From positions 288,001-352,000 of the forward strand of contig OY970280.1 in assembly GCA_963715865.1 (NCBI GenBank): 64,000 nt of DNA. Direction: 5' to 3'. Source of the DNA: Candidatus Bathyarchaeota archaeon. Its GTDB lineage: Archaea; Thermoproteota; Bathyarchaeia; Bathyarchaeales; Bathycorpusculaceae. A program made the translations under genes and the position numbers. Shown one piece after another: positions 1-10,365 of this stretch. The notes beneath the pieces were generated by a model. The model was not told the origin of the DNA. It ran no database searches and was given only the letters and a program-made list of their open reading frames with translations. Positions within the stretch are counted from its first letter, which is position 1; each line of letters opens with the position of its first letter.

Positions 1-1620
1 TTTGGCAATATGGATGTTTTGTGCACGGATAAAACCGGCACGCTTACCGAGAACAAGCTCACACTAAACGATTACGAGGATCTAGAGGGAAAAGAAGCCC
101 CGAAAGTCCTGATGTATGCTTACTTTAACAGCGTTTTTGAAGCAGGACTGAAAAGCCCTCTGGACGACGCCGTGCTTCAGTATAAGCAGTTCGACACGAC
201 CGGCATCCGCAAAATTGACGAGATCCCGTTTGACTTTATCCGAAGACGCGTTTCGGTAGTGGTTGAGTACGAAGAGCAAAGACTCGTAATCTCCAAAGGA
301 GCCCCCGAAGAAATCCTCAAAATCTGCACCTACTGCGAAACTGACGAAAACCTGACCAATTTGACAACTGATTGCCAAAGCATGTTTGATCAGAAATACA
401 ACACCCTCAGCGCTCAGGGATACAGGGTTTTAGCGGTCGCATACAAGATAGTTAAAGACGACAAAACGCACTACTCGATTGGCGACGAAACCGACATGGT
501 TTTTCTGGGTTTCCTGTCTTTTCTCGACCCGCCTAAAGAAAGCGCGAAGGAATCAATCCGTTTGCTGGCCAGAGACGGCGTGGAACTCAAAGTAGTGACC
601 GGCGACAACGAGCTAGTCACAAAAACAACCTGCGACCGACTGGGCTTCAACATAAAAGGAGTTATTATAGGAAACGAAATCGCTCTGCTCCAAGACGATG
701 CCTTGGCCCGGGTTGTGGAGGACAACAACATTTTTGCCCGCGTGAACCCCTCTCAGAAAGACAGAGTGATCAACGCCTTAAGGGCTAACGGGCACGTGGT
801 GGGGTACATGGGAGACGGCATCAACGACGCCCCCTCCTTGAAAACGGCGGACGTGAGCATATCGGTGGAAAACGCGGTTGACGTCGCGAAAGAATCCGCC
901 GACCTCATACTGCTACGGCCTGACTTGACCGTGCTTGATCAAGGCGTTTTGGAAGGCCGGAAAACCTTCGGCAACACAATGAAGTACATCATGATGGGCG
1001 TAAGCTCAAACTTCGGCACAATGTTCAGCGTGGCCGGAGCGTCCCTGTTCCTGAACTTTCTGCCCATGACGGCTATTCAGATTCTCCTAAACAACCTCTT
1101 GTACGATCTTTCCGAAGCGACCATACCAACAGACAATGTAGACGCGGAGTACATTGAAAAGCCGAAAAAGCTGGACATCTCGTACATAAGAAGGTTCATG
1201 GTGACTCTGGGACCGGTAAGCTCTGTATTTGATTTTCTGACTTTCTTCTTGATGTTGTATGTGTTCAACGCGGCGATTCCCGTTTTTCAAACTGCCTGGT
1301 TCGTGGAGTCGCTTTCAACGCAAGCGCTTGTGGTTTTCGTTTTGAGAACCAGAAAAACACCGTTTTACAAGAGTAAGCCCGGCAGATTATTGCTGATAAG
1401 CAGCTTGACTGTCGTGGCGGTCGCGTTCATACTGCCTTACACGCCGCTCGCCGACGTATTCAAGTTTTCGCCGCCCCCAGCAATGTTTTACCTAGCCCTG
1501 GCGGGATTAATCGTAGCCTACCTACTCCTAGTTGAGGTTGTGAAGAAATGGTTCCTCAAACGAAACGCTTATCGTCTAGAACAAATCTACGCGCCGAAAA
1601 AAACGAAACTGACCGGCTAA
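1..1620 (+). CDS. mgtA: Mg2+-importing P-type ATPase (type IIIB), 5'-truncated by the window edge
   Basis: DKTGT phosphorylation motif, KGAPE, DPPK, TGD and GDGINDAP are present, plus GVSSNFG and LLNNLLYD typical of MgtA. The frame is open from base 1 (FGN-MDVL). Confidence 0.9.
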   Translation, partial: FGNMDVLCTDKTGTLTENKLTLNDYEDLEGKEAPKVLMYAYFNSVFEAGLKSPLDDAVLQYKQFDTTGIRKIDEIPFDFIRRRVSVVVEYEEQRLVISKGAPEEILKICTYCETDENLTNLTTDCQSMFDQKYNTLSAQGYRVLAVAYKIVKDDKTHYSIGDETDMVFLGFLSFLDPPKESAKESIRLLARDGVELKVVTGDNELVTKTTCDRLGFNIKGVIIGNEIALLQDDALARVVEDNNIFARVNPSQKDRVINALRANGHVVGYMGDGINDAPSLKTADVSISVENAVDVAKESADLILLRPDLTVLDQGVLEGRKTFGNTMKYIMMGVSSNFGTMFSVAGASLFLNFLPMTAIQILLNNLLYDLSEATIPTDNVDAEYIEKPKKLDISYIRRFMVTLGPVSSVFDFLTFFLMLYVFNAAIPVFQTAWFVESLSTQALVVFVLRTRKTPFYKSKPGRLLLISSLTVVAVAFILPYTPLADVFKFSPPPAMFYLALAGLIVAYLLLVEVVKKWFLKRNAYRLEQIYAPKKTKLTG

Positions 1621-1908
1621 ACAACCAATTAAATCCGCATTGTTCAGCGCGAAGACTGAGTTGCATGTGCCTTTATATTTCTCATATGTTAACAAACCGC
1701 TTGCTTCATCAACTTGACAAAAACAATTATGACGAATATGCATCGCGTTATTCTACCTAAGCAAAGCAACCTTCCAAAGAGAAGAAATACTAACAAAATG
1801 GAAATAAACCCCAAAACAACAAGTTTTCAGCAAATCTAAGAGATAACGTTAAGAAATCCCTTTAAGAGCAATGTGTTTTTATTGTAAGATTTAATGGCGG
1901 CATAGTTC

Positions 1909-4900
1909 ATGGTTGAGTCGAGATTCCAAAATAGAAACAATTCAGGCAAAAAGCTAGTTACCTCTATGCAGCCAACCTTAAGCTCTGAAGACCTGCTGAG
2001 CCTGTCCATCGAAGAGATTATGGGTCGTTTGAAAGCTTCACCGCGTGGCCTTGGTTCTGAAGAAGCAGAAAAACGTCTTGAAATTTATGGACACAACGAA
2101 TTTGCCCGAAAAAAGAAACGCGCGGCCATTATCAATTTTCTTTCACGCTTCAAAAGCCCGCTTGTTATAATACTAATAATTGCAGGTGGAGTCTCCGCAG
2201 CCCTCGGATCAATCCCAAGCGTAATAGTAATCTACACCATGGTTTTCCTAAGCGTATCTCTATCATACTATCAGGAAAACAATGCTTCAAAAGCAGCCGA
2301 GTTATTAAGAGACAAAGTTGCCACATCAGCAACAGTCCTGAGAGACAATACTAAACAAGAAATTAAGCTTCCACTGATTGTTCCAGGCGACATAATCTAT
2401 CTTTCAGCAGGCGACATCACACCCGCAGATGCACGGATTATCGAAGGAAAAGATCTTTTCGTCAACCAATCTGCATTAACTGGCGAATCATTTCCAGTCG
2501 AGAAAACTTCTGCAGCCATAAAAGCTAAAGAAGCGTCGATAACCGAATGGAACAATTATCTATTCATGGGTACCTCGATAGTCAGCGGAACAGCCACAGC
2601 GGTGGTTGTGCGGACTGGAGGTTCAACTGAATATGGAAAAATCGCTCAAAAGCTCGTCGAGAAAGCGCCCGAGACCGAATTTGAGATAGGCACCAAAAAA
2701 TTCGGTTTTCTCATAATGCAAGTTACTTTTTTCTTAGTGATGTTCGTTTTCATGATAAACGCGCTCTTGCACCCGAATGCCCAAGGCATATTGGAGGCTA
2801 TACTTTTCGCCGTTGCTCTCGCAGTAGGTTTGACGCCTGAGCTTCTGCCCATGATAATCACGATAAATCTTTCAAAAGGCGCTCAGGCCATGTCTAAGAA
2901 AGGCGTCATTGTAAAGCGACTATCATCAATTGAAACCTTTGGGAGCATGAATGTTTTGTGCACAGACAAAACGGGGACACTCACAGAGAACCAGATAAAA
3001 CTCATACTGCACATAGACATGGAGGGCAAAGACGATGAGAAAGTATTATTATACTCCCTCCTAAACAGTCGCTTTCAGACTGGACTCAAAAGCCCACTTG
3101 ATGAAGCTATACTTAAGCATGAAGAAATTGACCTATCAAAATTCCAAAAAATTGATGAAGTGCCCTTTGACTTTGTGCGACGGCGCGTCTCTGTCGTAGT
3201 TGAGCAGGAAAATCAAAGATTTTTCATAGCTAAGGGTGCTCCAGAAGAAATCCTCAAAGTCTGCTCCTACTATGAACTGGAAGGGCTAATTTCTGACATC
3301 TCTGAAGGAACTCGGAAGAAGATCGAGCAGAAATATCTTGACTTAAGTGCTGAAGGGTTAAGAGTTTTAGGAGTTGCATCCAAGAAGCTCAAAGAAGAAA
3401 AAGCTGTTTACTCCATAAACGACGAAAGCGACATGACATTTTTGGGGTTTGTGGCGTTCCTTGACCCGCCCAAAGAAACAGCCAAGCAGTCCCTTCAACT
3501 GCTCAGCAAAGCAAAAGTGGAACTGAAAATTCTCACAGGTGACAATGAGCTTGTTACCCGAAAAGTTTGCAGCGAACTAGGCTTTGAAGTAAAAGGTGTA
3601 GCTTTGGGAAACGAGATTGCCCAGATGTCCAATGAAGCCCTTGCAGCTGTTGTGGAAGACGTGAACGTATTTGCAAGGGTAACTCCTGCCCAAAAAGACC
3701 GAATCATAAATGTTTTGAAGAGTAATGGTCATGTCGTTGGCTTTATGGGTGATGGCATCAATGATGCGCCCTCTTTAAAGACGTCAGACGTAGGTATATC
3801 TGTCAACAATGCGGTGGATGTTGCAAGAGAATCTGCTGATATTATTTTGTTAAAGAACGATTTGACGGTTCTGGGCGAAGGTGTGTTGGAAGGGCGAAAA
3901 ACCTTTGGGAATACCATGAAGTACATTATGATGGGCGTAAGCTCAAACTTTGGCAATATGTTTAGTGCAGCTGGCGGTTCGGTATTCTTACCATTTTTGC
4001 CAATGCTACCCATCCAAATTCTTCTAAACAATCTGCTCTACGATATATCACAAACGGTCATGACCACCGATAATGTTGATGCAGAGTACATCGAAAAGCC
4101 CAAGAGATGGGATATTTCCTTCGTAAGAAGGTTTATGATTATTATAGGTCCTGTAAGCTCTCTTTTTGACTACGCGACCTTCTTTACGATGCTGTTTATT
4201 TTCAACGCTTGGACAAACGCAGCTCTGTTCCAGACTGCCTGGTTTGTGGAGTCCCTTTGCTCACAAACGCTAGTAGTTCTCATTATAAGAACAAGGCGAG
4301 TACCCTTCTATAAGAGCAAGCCAAGCAAATATCTAGCCATAATGCTCCTTGCGGTCATCAGCTTTGCCATAATGGTACCATACACGCCAGTAGGTGCATT
4401 TTTCGGATTCGTGCCACCTCCACCTGCGTTTTACTTAGCTTTAGCTGGAATTCTAGGTGCCTATGCAGTGCTTGCTGAAACGGTCAAAAGATGGTTCTAC
4501 AAACGCTATGGTCAACGCGTAGAGCAGGTTTTGGTGCCGAAAAGAAAAACTGTTTACTCTGGAAGAACTGTCAGATTCATGCAGGACATGATTGCAGTGA
4601 TAAGTCTTCGCCCTGAAGACGAATTCTCAATTGAATCATTTACCGAAGACTTGGGCAGCGCAATTAACTATCCAATAAACTCGAATGAAATGATACGGAA
4701 CATTCAGTACATGACACGGTCAGGCTTAATTAGCGTTGATTGGAACCGAAGAATCATAAAACGTGAAAAATCATTATTCGAATATGTTAAAAAGAATATC
4801 ATAAGCGGCGAAATGTGGTCTACAGTGGGAGAAAATTGGCGTAAAATAAACGCTGTAATACTTAACAAGCATGGAAAAGTTAACCCTGAATATCAACAAC

Positions 4901-4926
4901 TACTACTACTTTCAAAGCAGCAATGA
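1909..4926 (+). CDS. mgtA: Mg2+-importing P-type ATPase with an extra ~125-aa C-terminal domain
   Basis: TGES, PELLP, DKTGT, KGAPE, GDGINDAP and SSNFGNMFS motifs. The protein continues well past the point where the upstream paralog stops. Confidence 0.92.
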   Translation: MVESRFQNRNNSGKKLVTSMQPTLSSEDLLSLSIEEIMGRLKASPRGLGSEEAEKRLEIYGHNEFARKKKRAAIINFLSRFKSPLVIILIIAGGVSAALGSIPSVIVIYTMVFLSVSLSYYQENNASKAAELLRDKVATSATVLRDNTKQEIKLPLIVPGDIIYLSAGDITPADARIIEGKDLFVNQSALTGESFPVEKTSAAIKAKEASITEWNNYLFMGTSIVSGTATAVVVRTGGSTEYGKIAQKLVEKAPETEFEIGTKKFGFLIMQVTFFLVMFVFMINALLHPNAQGILEAILFAVALAVGLTPELLPMIITINLSKGAQAMSKKGVIVKRLSSIETFGSMNVLCTDKTGTLTENQIKLILHIDMEGKDDEKVLLYSLLNSRFQTGLKSPLDEAILKHEEIDLSKFQKIDEVPFDFVRRRVSVVVEQENQRFFIAKGAPEEILKVCSYYELEGLISDISEGTRKKIEQKYLDLSAEGLRVLGVASKKLKEEKAVYSINDESDMTFLGFVAFLDPPKETAKQSLQLLSKAKVELKILTGDNELVTRKVCSELGFEVKGVALGNEIAQMSNEALAAVVEDVNVFARVTPAQKDRIINVLKSNGHVVGFMGDGINDAPSLKTSDVGISVNNAVDVARESADIILLKNDLTVLGEGVLEGRKTFGNTMKYIMMGVSSNFGNMFSAAGGSVFLPFLPMLPIQILLNNLLYDISQTVMTTDNVDAEYIEKPKRWDISFVRRFMIIIGPVSSLFDYATFFTMLFIFNAWTNAALFQTAWFVESLCSQTLVVLIIRTRRVPFYKSKPSKYLAIMLLAVISFAIMVPYTPVGAFFGFVPPPPAFYLALAGILGAYAVLAETVKRWFYKRYGQRVEQVLVPKRKTVYSGRTVRFMQDMIAVISLRPEDEFSIESFTEDLGSAINYPINSNEMIRNIQYMTRSGLISVDWNRRIIKREKSLFEYVKKNIISGEMWSTVGENWRKINAVILNKHGKVNPEYQQLLLLSKQQ

Positions 4927-5231
4927 AAAATCCTACTGAATGCACTTTAATTCTTAATGCAGGGTAAACAAAAAAATAGGTTTTAGCAAAGCCCAGTTGA
5001 CAAGGTAGCTCACCTTTTTCTAACTGTTTGCCAACCGCATTTAACAAGCAAGCAAATTAGCGTTCTCAAAAAATCTTATTTGCTAAGTCAGAATGAACAA
5101 GAAAGGAGTTTAGGAATCACATGCCAAACACATGCTGGGACTGCAAATATAATACTTTAAAACTCAAGATATTGGTGCCACATAACCGTACCATCAAAGA
5201 GTACATCCATAAAACAGGGGGTTGTTAGCGC

Positions 5232-5795
5232 ATGACTAAAGCTTTGATTGTTTACGGGACTCGTTATGGAGCAGCAGCTAGCACATCTGAGGAGATTGCA
5301 AAAGCACTATGCCAAGAAGGGATTGAAGTTCGAGTGGTCAATGCTAAAGAAGAAAAAGTCAAAGACATAGCCGAGTACGACCTTATCATTGTTGGTAGTG
5401 GCATCCTAATAGACAGGTGGACCAGCGAACCGGAAAAGTTCCTCAAAAACTTCCAGAAAGAACTTGCGAGAAAGAAACTGGCGCTCTTCGTCTGCTGTGG
5501 CTCTGCCTCGCAAGCACTGAACGAGCAGGAAGGAAAACCGCATCCAGCTGAGAGGGCTAGACGAAAATATCTTGAAGAAAAAGCCGCCAAGTACAATCTG
5601 CAACCTGTCGCTTTAGGTTTTTTTGGCGGCGTCTATAACTACAACAAAGAGCCATGGTGGGCCAAAAAAGCCATGGAAGCAGACAGACCGAAAATAGAAG
5701 CTGCCTACAAAGAAATGCAACCGGGAATCTACGATACAAGAGACTGGAATGCCATCAGAAGCTGGGCGAAAGAACTCGCGCAGAAGGCTAAATAG
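5232..5795 (+). CDS. Flavodoxin-domain protein (HemG/Flavodoxin_5-like)
   Basis: N-terminal IVYGTRYGAA phosphate loop, YDLIIVGSGI, LALFVCC, FFGG, and C-terminal RDWNAIRSWA. Confidence 0.8.
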   Translation: MTKALIVYGTRYGAAASTSEEIAKALCQEGIEVRVVNAKEEKVKDIAEYDLIIVGSGILIDRWTSEPEKFLKNFQKELARKKLALFVCCGSASQALNEQEGKPHPAERARRKYLEEKAAKYNLQPVALGFFGGVYNYNKEPWWAKKAMEADRPKIEAAYKEMQPGIYDTRDWNAIRSWAKELAQKAK

Positions 5796-5801
5796 CAAAC
5801 T

Positions 5802-6146
5802 CTACGGGTTAGTGGTAAGTTCTGTCAGTTGCTTCTTGGTTAATCCAGCTCCTGGCGTAGCATCAAGTCTCTTGTATACTTCTCCTTTTTTGAAAAGTAG
5901 CACGGTAGGGTAGTAATCTATCGAGAACTTCTCACATAAATCGGGCTTATAATCGACCATAATGCTCATGCATTCATGCGGATTGCCTTTTGCATACTCT
6001 TCAAATATCGGCAGGAACATTTGGGAAAACGGGCACCAAGAAGCATAGAAGAGAACAAACACTTTCTCTTTAGACCCCAAAACATCATCAATGTTTTCTT
6101 CGACTTGCTCCTGCTTTTTCTCACTCGATTTTTTCATTCTCTTCAA
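5802..6146 (-). CDS. Thioredoxin-family protein with CxxS active site
   Basis: VLFYASWCPFS, cis-Pro loop YYPTVLLFKKG and GA motif. Overlaps the upstream CDGSH gene by 4 bp. Confidence 0.82.
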   Translation of the reverse strand: MKRMKKSSEKKQEQVEENIDDVLGSKEKVFVLFYASWCPFSQMFLPIFEEYAKGNPHECMSIMVDYKPDLCEKFSIDYYPTVLLFKKGEVYKRLDATPGAGLTKKQLTELTTNP

Positions 6147-6850
6147 CGCTCTCTATCCTCTTCCGGATAGTGACTGCTGTCGCAAAAAGGTTTATTTGAG
6201 GATTTTCCGCAACGGCAAAGGGTCGCGCGATTTCGCACTTCATAGAGTTTTCCATCCGCTGAATAAATTGGAATCCCACCGCGAATCCAAAATGGTCCAT
6301 CTACGCCGATGCTTGGGTCTTTAATTACACCAATCGATTTCTCCAGTTCAGGCTCAATTGTCAGGCCAGTTTTCTTATCTAAAACCACAAGCCTGCCTGA
6401 TGGGCAATCGCAAGCATTTTCTATCGCGTTTTTCTTGGCTTTCGGGTTGTCTGATTTGGGAATTGCCTGCCAAATGTTGCCTCCTCGATGGCAGAAACGT
6501 GCGGAAGCGCAAAGTATCTCGGCATCTTTTAACTTTAACTCTGGGCCATCAATCTCTTTTGCTATTTTTGAGTAAGGCTTCATAGTGCTTGTTTCTGTTC
6601 CATCAAAATTCACTTTCAAGTGCGCGCCGTCACAGAATGGCTTGTTAGCGGATTGCCCACATCGGCATAAAGCATAATTTTCTGGAGTCATGAGCTTTTT
6701 TCCCATAACCCATTTAACTGGGATTCCCTGCTTGTCGCATTTTATTGTCATATACAATAAAGGGATGCCTCCAGAAACTAGATATGGCCCATGCTTGCTA
6801 ACTTTTATGTTGCAGGTCTCTTTTGCGCTGGAATTCTTTGGCAATTTCAT
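6143..6850 (-). CDS. CDGSH iron-sulfur protein (two CDGSH domains flanking a divergent 4Fe-4S-type domain)
   Basis: CRCGQSANKPFCDGAH and CRCGKSSNKPFCDSSH, with central CASARFC...CDCPSGRL. Confidence 0.85.
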   Translation of the reverse strand: MKLPKNSSAKETCNIKVSKHGPYLVSGGIPLLYMTIKCDKQGIPVKWVMGKKLMTPENYALCRCGQSANKPFCDGAHLKVNFDGTETSTMKPYSKIAKEIDGPELKLKDAEILCASARFCHRGGNIWQAIPKSDNPKAKKNAIENACDCPSGRLVVLDKKTGLTIEPELEKSIGVIKDPSIGVDGPFWIRGGIPIYSADGKLYEVRNRATLCRCGKSSNKPFCDSSHYPEEDRER

Positions 6851-7195
6851 TGCCTCACCTTTACTGAATCAACATAAAAATAATAAGGTTACTACTACGC
6901 TGCTCCTAATAAAATAAGCAAGTCACATTGTTTTGATAGTTCGAAGCCATCAGATCAACAAATACCCGTCTCCCTTTGAAGAAGTTATTACCATTTGGAT
7001 TTATAACTTTTTGAATCGCACAAGCAACACTATAAAATCTTTATGACACGTAAATATACGAAACACTAATGGGACCACTGGTATTTGGTTGAATTAACCG
7101 AGACGGTCTTATTGGTTATCCACAATACCCTTCGTATGAACAAGAAAAAAGGGATGGCGGAAGCATTAAAGAAGCACAACCGCATGTGCTTTACT

Positions 7196-7669
7196 TTAAC
7201 TAAGTTCTTGTCCGCAATGTGGGCAGTACTTGACGTTTTCGTCAATAACTCGACCGCATTTAGTGCATATTCTTGTTATATTCTGCGGCGGCATTGGTCC
7301 AGCCATCGTTTCAACTGTGTGTGGCTTCCATACTAAGCCCCATATTCCTCCAATCAGACCGAAAAGTCCCGTGACACCTATAATGGAAAAGACTAAGATT
7401 ATTGCACTCCATTTTGTATGTTCAAGCGGATAACTGTTGAGTTTTACCGCGGAAGCAATGACAATTGCAGCCGTTATGATTCCCCAAATGCCGAGTCCAG
7501 CGAACAGCATTAATGCTGCTGTGTAACCATAGTAACCTACCGCGCCTAAAACTCCTGCAGAGACAACTCCGATTATTAAGAGTACTATGCCGATTATGAT
7601 TCCTAGAATTCCGCCGATTAAAGACAAGACAAATGCTCCTGTTGGTTTTTCTTGAGGTTGTGCGACCAT
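7196..7669 (-). CDS. Small multi-pass membrane protein with C-terminal zinc ribbon
   Basis: Hydrophobic helices followed by CTKC...CPHC. Clear paralog of 63012..63479. Confidence 0.75.
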   Translation of the reverse strand: MVAQPQEKPTGAFVLSLIGGILGIIIGIVLLIIGVVSAGVLGAVGYYGYTAALMLFAGLGIWGIITAAIVIASAVKLNSYPLEHTKWSAIILVFSIIGVTGLFGLIGGIWGLVWKPHTVETMAGPMPPQNITRICTKCGRVIDENVKYCPHCGQELS

Positions 7670-7864
7670 GTTCTCAGAACCTTATTCTTACTCTAATGCT
7701 TCTAAATAAAAGCTTAACTGTTTACAATTCAATCTAAAGCTGCTTTTTCTGGATAAAATAATTCCAATTTTTAAAGCGCAAATAGAATGTAATAGGTAAT
7801 ATTATAAACTGTGTGATTGAAATGTAAGTAGGTCCTCTATCGCACCTCTTGGATGGCTAAGTAA

Positions 7865-9082
7865 ATGGGCAGTAATAGTATAGTTGCAATCAGTCATAGC
7901 GACAATCTAAGTGGTTCACCGACAGACCTTAATGAAAAAAGCTTAAACTCTGTGGCTAAATTAACAAAAAAAGCGATTGACAAATCATGTAATTTCATCA
8001 ACTTAGTTAAAGATAAGACAGTCCTCCTAAAACCAAACTTGGTCAGATCAACCCCTCCAAACATCTTTGCAACAACCGACCTTAGGGTAATTTATTCAGT
8101 TGCCAAAATGGCGCTGGATGCGGGTGCCAGCAAGGTAATCATAGGCGACAAACCAGGTTGGAAAAAGTCCGCCAGATCTGTCTTTGGAGAATTAGGGGTA
8201 GACAAAATAGCAAACTCGCTCGGTGTGAAAACATGTTTTTTTGACGAGGATCAACTTTTGGAGTTAGATTTACCTGAGTCAAAGGTTTTCGACAAGATCT
8301 TTGTTCCTAAGACAGTAATGGATTCAGACGTTCTAATTAATTTGCCCAAGGTGAAGACTCACATTCACACCATCGTTTCTTTAGGTATAAAAAACCTCCA
8401 TGGCATAGTCATGGATAATCAAAGACTAATCAACCACCGTAATGATTTAGCCTACAAGCTTGTTGACATACTCAGAGTAAAAAAACCCTCGCTGACTGTT
8501 TCTGACTGTATTTGGCCTATGGAGGGGCAAGGTCCGCTAAATGGACGAAACATTAAGAACTTTAACGTTGTAGTGGCAGGAACAGATGTAGTGGCCGTTG
8601 ACGCGGTTACTTGCTTAATCATGGGTATAGACCCTTCAGAAGTAGACACAATACGAATAGCGTCTGCAGAAGGGCTAGGATACGGAGACCCCAAGAAAAT
8701 CAGCATAGTCGGAACTAAACTGACCCGTGTGAAAAGATATTTCAAGCGTCCCTGCATTAGTGCAGCTGGGGTATACTCAAACGTGTTATCTATGGAAGCA
8801 GGGGTCTGCCAAGGATGTCTCTCTTGCGTTCGGCACTCCCTAGACAGGTTGGCATTTGAACAAAAAATGCAACGCGTAGGGCAAATCACAGTATGTAGTG
8901 GGAAGCATTCTTTCGAAAAACCTGAATTGTTGCCCGCTAAAAACGAAGTGTGGCTAGTAGGGGATTGTGCAAGTGAAACGTCAAGTAAAAGCTTAATAGG
9001 GAAAGTGTATAGGGTGCCAGGCTGTCCCCCACACATATACGAATTATATAACAGTCTTCACAAAGAACACTTTGACAGTTGA
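7865..9082 (+). CDS. DUF362-family protein with Cys-rich C-terminal domain
   Basis: VLLKPNLV, TDLRV, INLPKVKTH, SLGIKNLHG, EGQGP and DVVAVDAV. C-terminal CQGC, GDC and GCPP motifs. Confidence 0.75.
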   Translation: MGSNSIVAISHSDNLSGSPTDLNEKSLNSVAKLTKKAIDKSCNFINLVKDKTVLLKPNLVRSTPPNIFATTDLRVIYSVAKMALDAGASKVIIGDKPGWKKSARSVFGELGVDKIANSLGVKTCFFDEDQLLELDLPESKVFDKIFVPKTVMDSDVLINLPKVKTHIHTIVSLGIKNLHGIVMDNQRLINHRNDLAYKLVDILRVKKPSLTVSDCIWPMEGQGPLNGRNIKNFNVVVAGTDVVAVDAVTCLIMGIDPSEVDTIRIASAEGLGYGDPKKISIVGTKLTRVKRYFKRPCISAAGVYSNVLSMEAGVCQGCLSCVRHSLDRLAFEQKMQRVGQITVCSGKHSFEKPELLPAKNEVWLVGDCASETSSKSLIGKVYRVPGCPPHIYELYNSLHKEHFDS

Positions 9083-9096
9083 AGGGAAGCTATTCA

Positions 9097-10365
9097 ATGA
9101 ATTATAATGAGGACGAATATAATCAGAAATTGCTTGATTCGATTAACTACGCATATGGGAATGTGCCTTTCTACCAGGATCAACTGAAAGACAAAAAAAT
9201 TAACTCAGTTAATGATCTAAAGAGTTTGCCCATTTGTAGCAAGACATGTTTTGAAAACAAACCATTATCTTACATCACAGCTGTAAAACCCGAAGAACTC
9301 GGCATAAGTTTCTCCACAACAGGAACCACAAAAACCTCCTACACCGTTCACCTAACACGTAATGACTTCATGCAATGGTTGGTGGCTAAGACCCGAGATG
9401 CGCTGGTAAAATTTATTGGTTTAACTGACTCAGACATAATCGCGAACACTTTCGGGTTTGGGCTTGTGCAACCTGGGTGCGAATATACTTTCGGTGCAAT
9501 TGAAGCGGGAGCTCACGTTTACCCTGTTGGAACCGGAACGTTAACGTCCAGCAAAGAAACCATTCGGATAATAGGTCAAAGAGAAGTAACAACAGTTTTT
9601 GCCACGCCCTATTATGCGATGAGGTTGACTGATGTTGCCTTGGAAATGGGTATAAACCCTGCTGATTTATGCGTGAAACGTTTTGTGGTTACTGGAGAAA
9701 CCTTAACTTGCGCCGCCAGAAAGCGAATTGAAGAATCATGGTGTGCGGAAGTCTTTAACGTTTTCGGCATGGCTGAAGTCGGTGTTGTAGGCGCCGAATG
9801 TAAAGCTCACAAAGGCATGCACATACTCTCTGACTATCTCTATCCAGAACTGACAAACCTGCAGGCTTTAACCCCTGATGAATCCATTCAAATGGGTGAA
9901 CTGGTTTTGACAACGATAGGGAAGTTAGGTATGCCGTTTGTGCGATATAACACCTGCGATTTGGTAGCTTTAACAAATGACAAATGCTCATGCGGTTTCT
10001 CAAATGCATCTTCTATAACAGCCCATTATGGGAGAAGCGACGGAATGATAAAGATCAAAGGAAAAGGAGTATACCCTTCACGAATAGAGGAGGCACTGTT
10101 AAGCATTCCTGAACTTTCTTCAGAGTATAAGATTGTCATAGAGCACGGAACATACTTTGACTCCATCACAATTCTCGCCGAAACTCAGAAAGGTGTCAAA
10201 GTGGATGAAATGTTCATAGAAACACTGACAAGAAAAATAAAAGATGAAGTCGGCCTCAATCTGTCCCTCAAAATTTGCGATTATGGAAAACTGCCGCGTT
10301 CAGAGGGTTGGAAAGCGAAAAGGATAGTGACCAGTTGTTCGGAAGAGTACTCACCATCGACCTAA
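9097..10365 (+). CDS. Phenylacetate-CoA ligase (PaaK)-like adenylate-forming enzyme
   Basis: AYGNVPFY, TTGTT P-loop variant, TGETL, FGMAE, RYNTCD and GRSDGMIKIKGKGVYPSRIE. Start moved to the ATG at 9097. Confidence 0.8.
   Translation: MNYNEDEYNQKLLDSINYAYGNVPFYQDQLKDKKINSVNDLKSLPICSKTCFENKPLSYITAVKPEELGISFSTTGTTKTSYTVHLTRNDFMQWLVAKTRDALVKFIGLTDSDIIANTFGFGLVQPGCEYTFGAIEAGAHVYPVGTGTLTSSKETIRIIGQREVTTVFATPYYAMRLTDVALEMGINPADLCVKRFVVTGETLTCAARKRIEESWCAEVFNVFGMAEVGVVGAECKAHKGMHILSDYLYPELTNLQALTPDESIQMGELVLTTIGKLGMPFVRYNTCDLVALTNDKCSCGFSNASSITAHYGRSDGMIKIKGKGVYPSRIEEALLSIPELSSEYKIVIEHGTYFDSITILAETQKGVKVDEMFIETLTRKIKDEVGLNLSLKICDYGKLPRSEGWKAKRIVTSCSEEYSPST

Noticed and set aside
1621-1908. Mg2+-sensing riboswitch or leader peptide between the mgtA genes
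   Set aside because: AT-rich, with no recognisable M-box or MgtL-like Pro-rich ORF.
8452-9036. Long antisense ORFs (also 11156..11755, 13872..14408, 31761..32252, 44230..44745, 55793..56380, 57116..57649)
   Set aside because: They lie opposite well-supported genes and have no motifs of their own.
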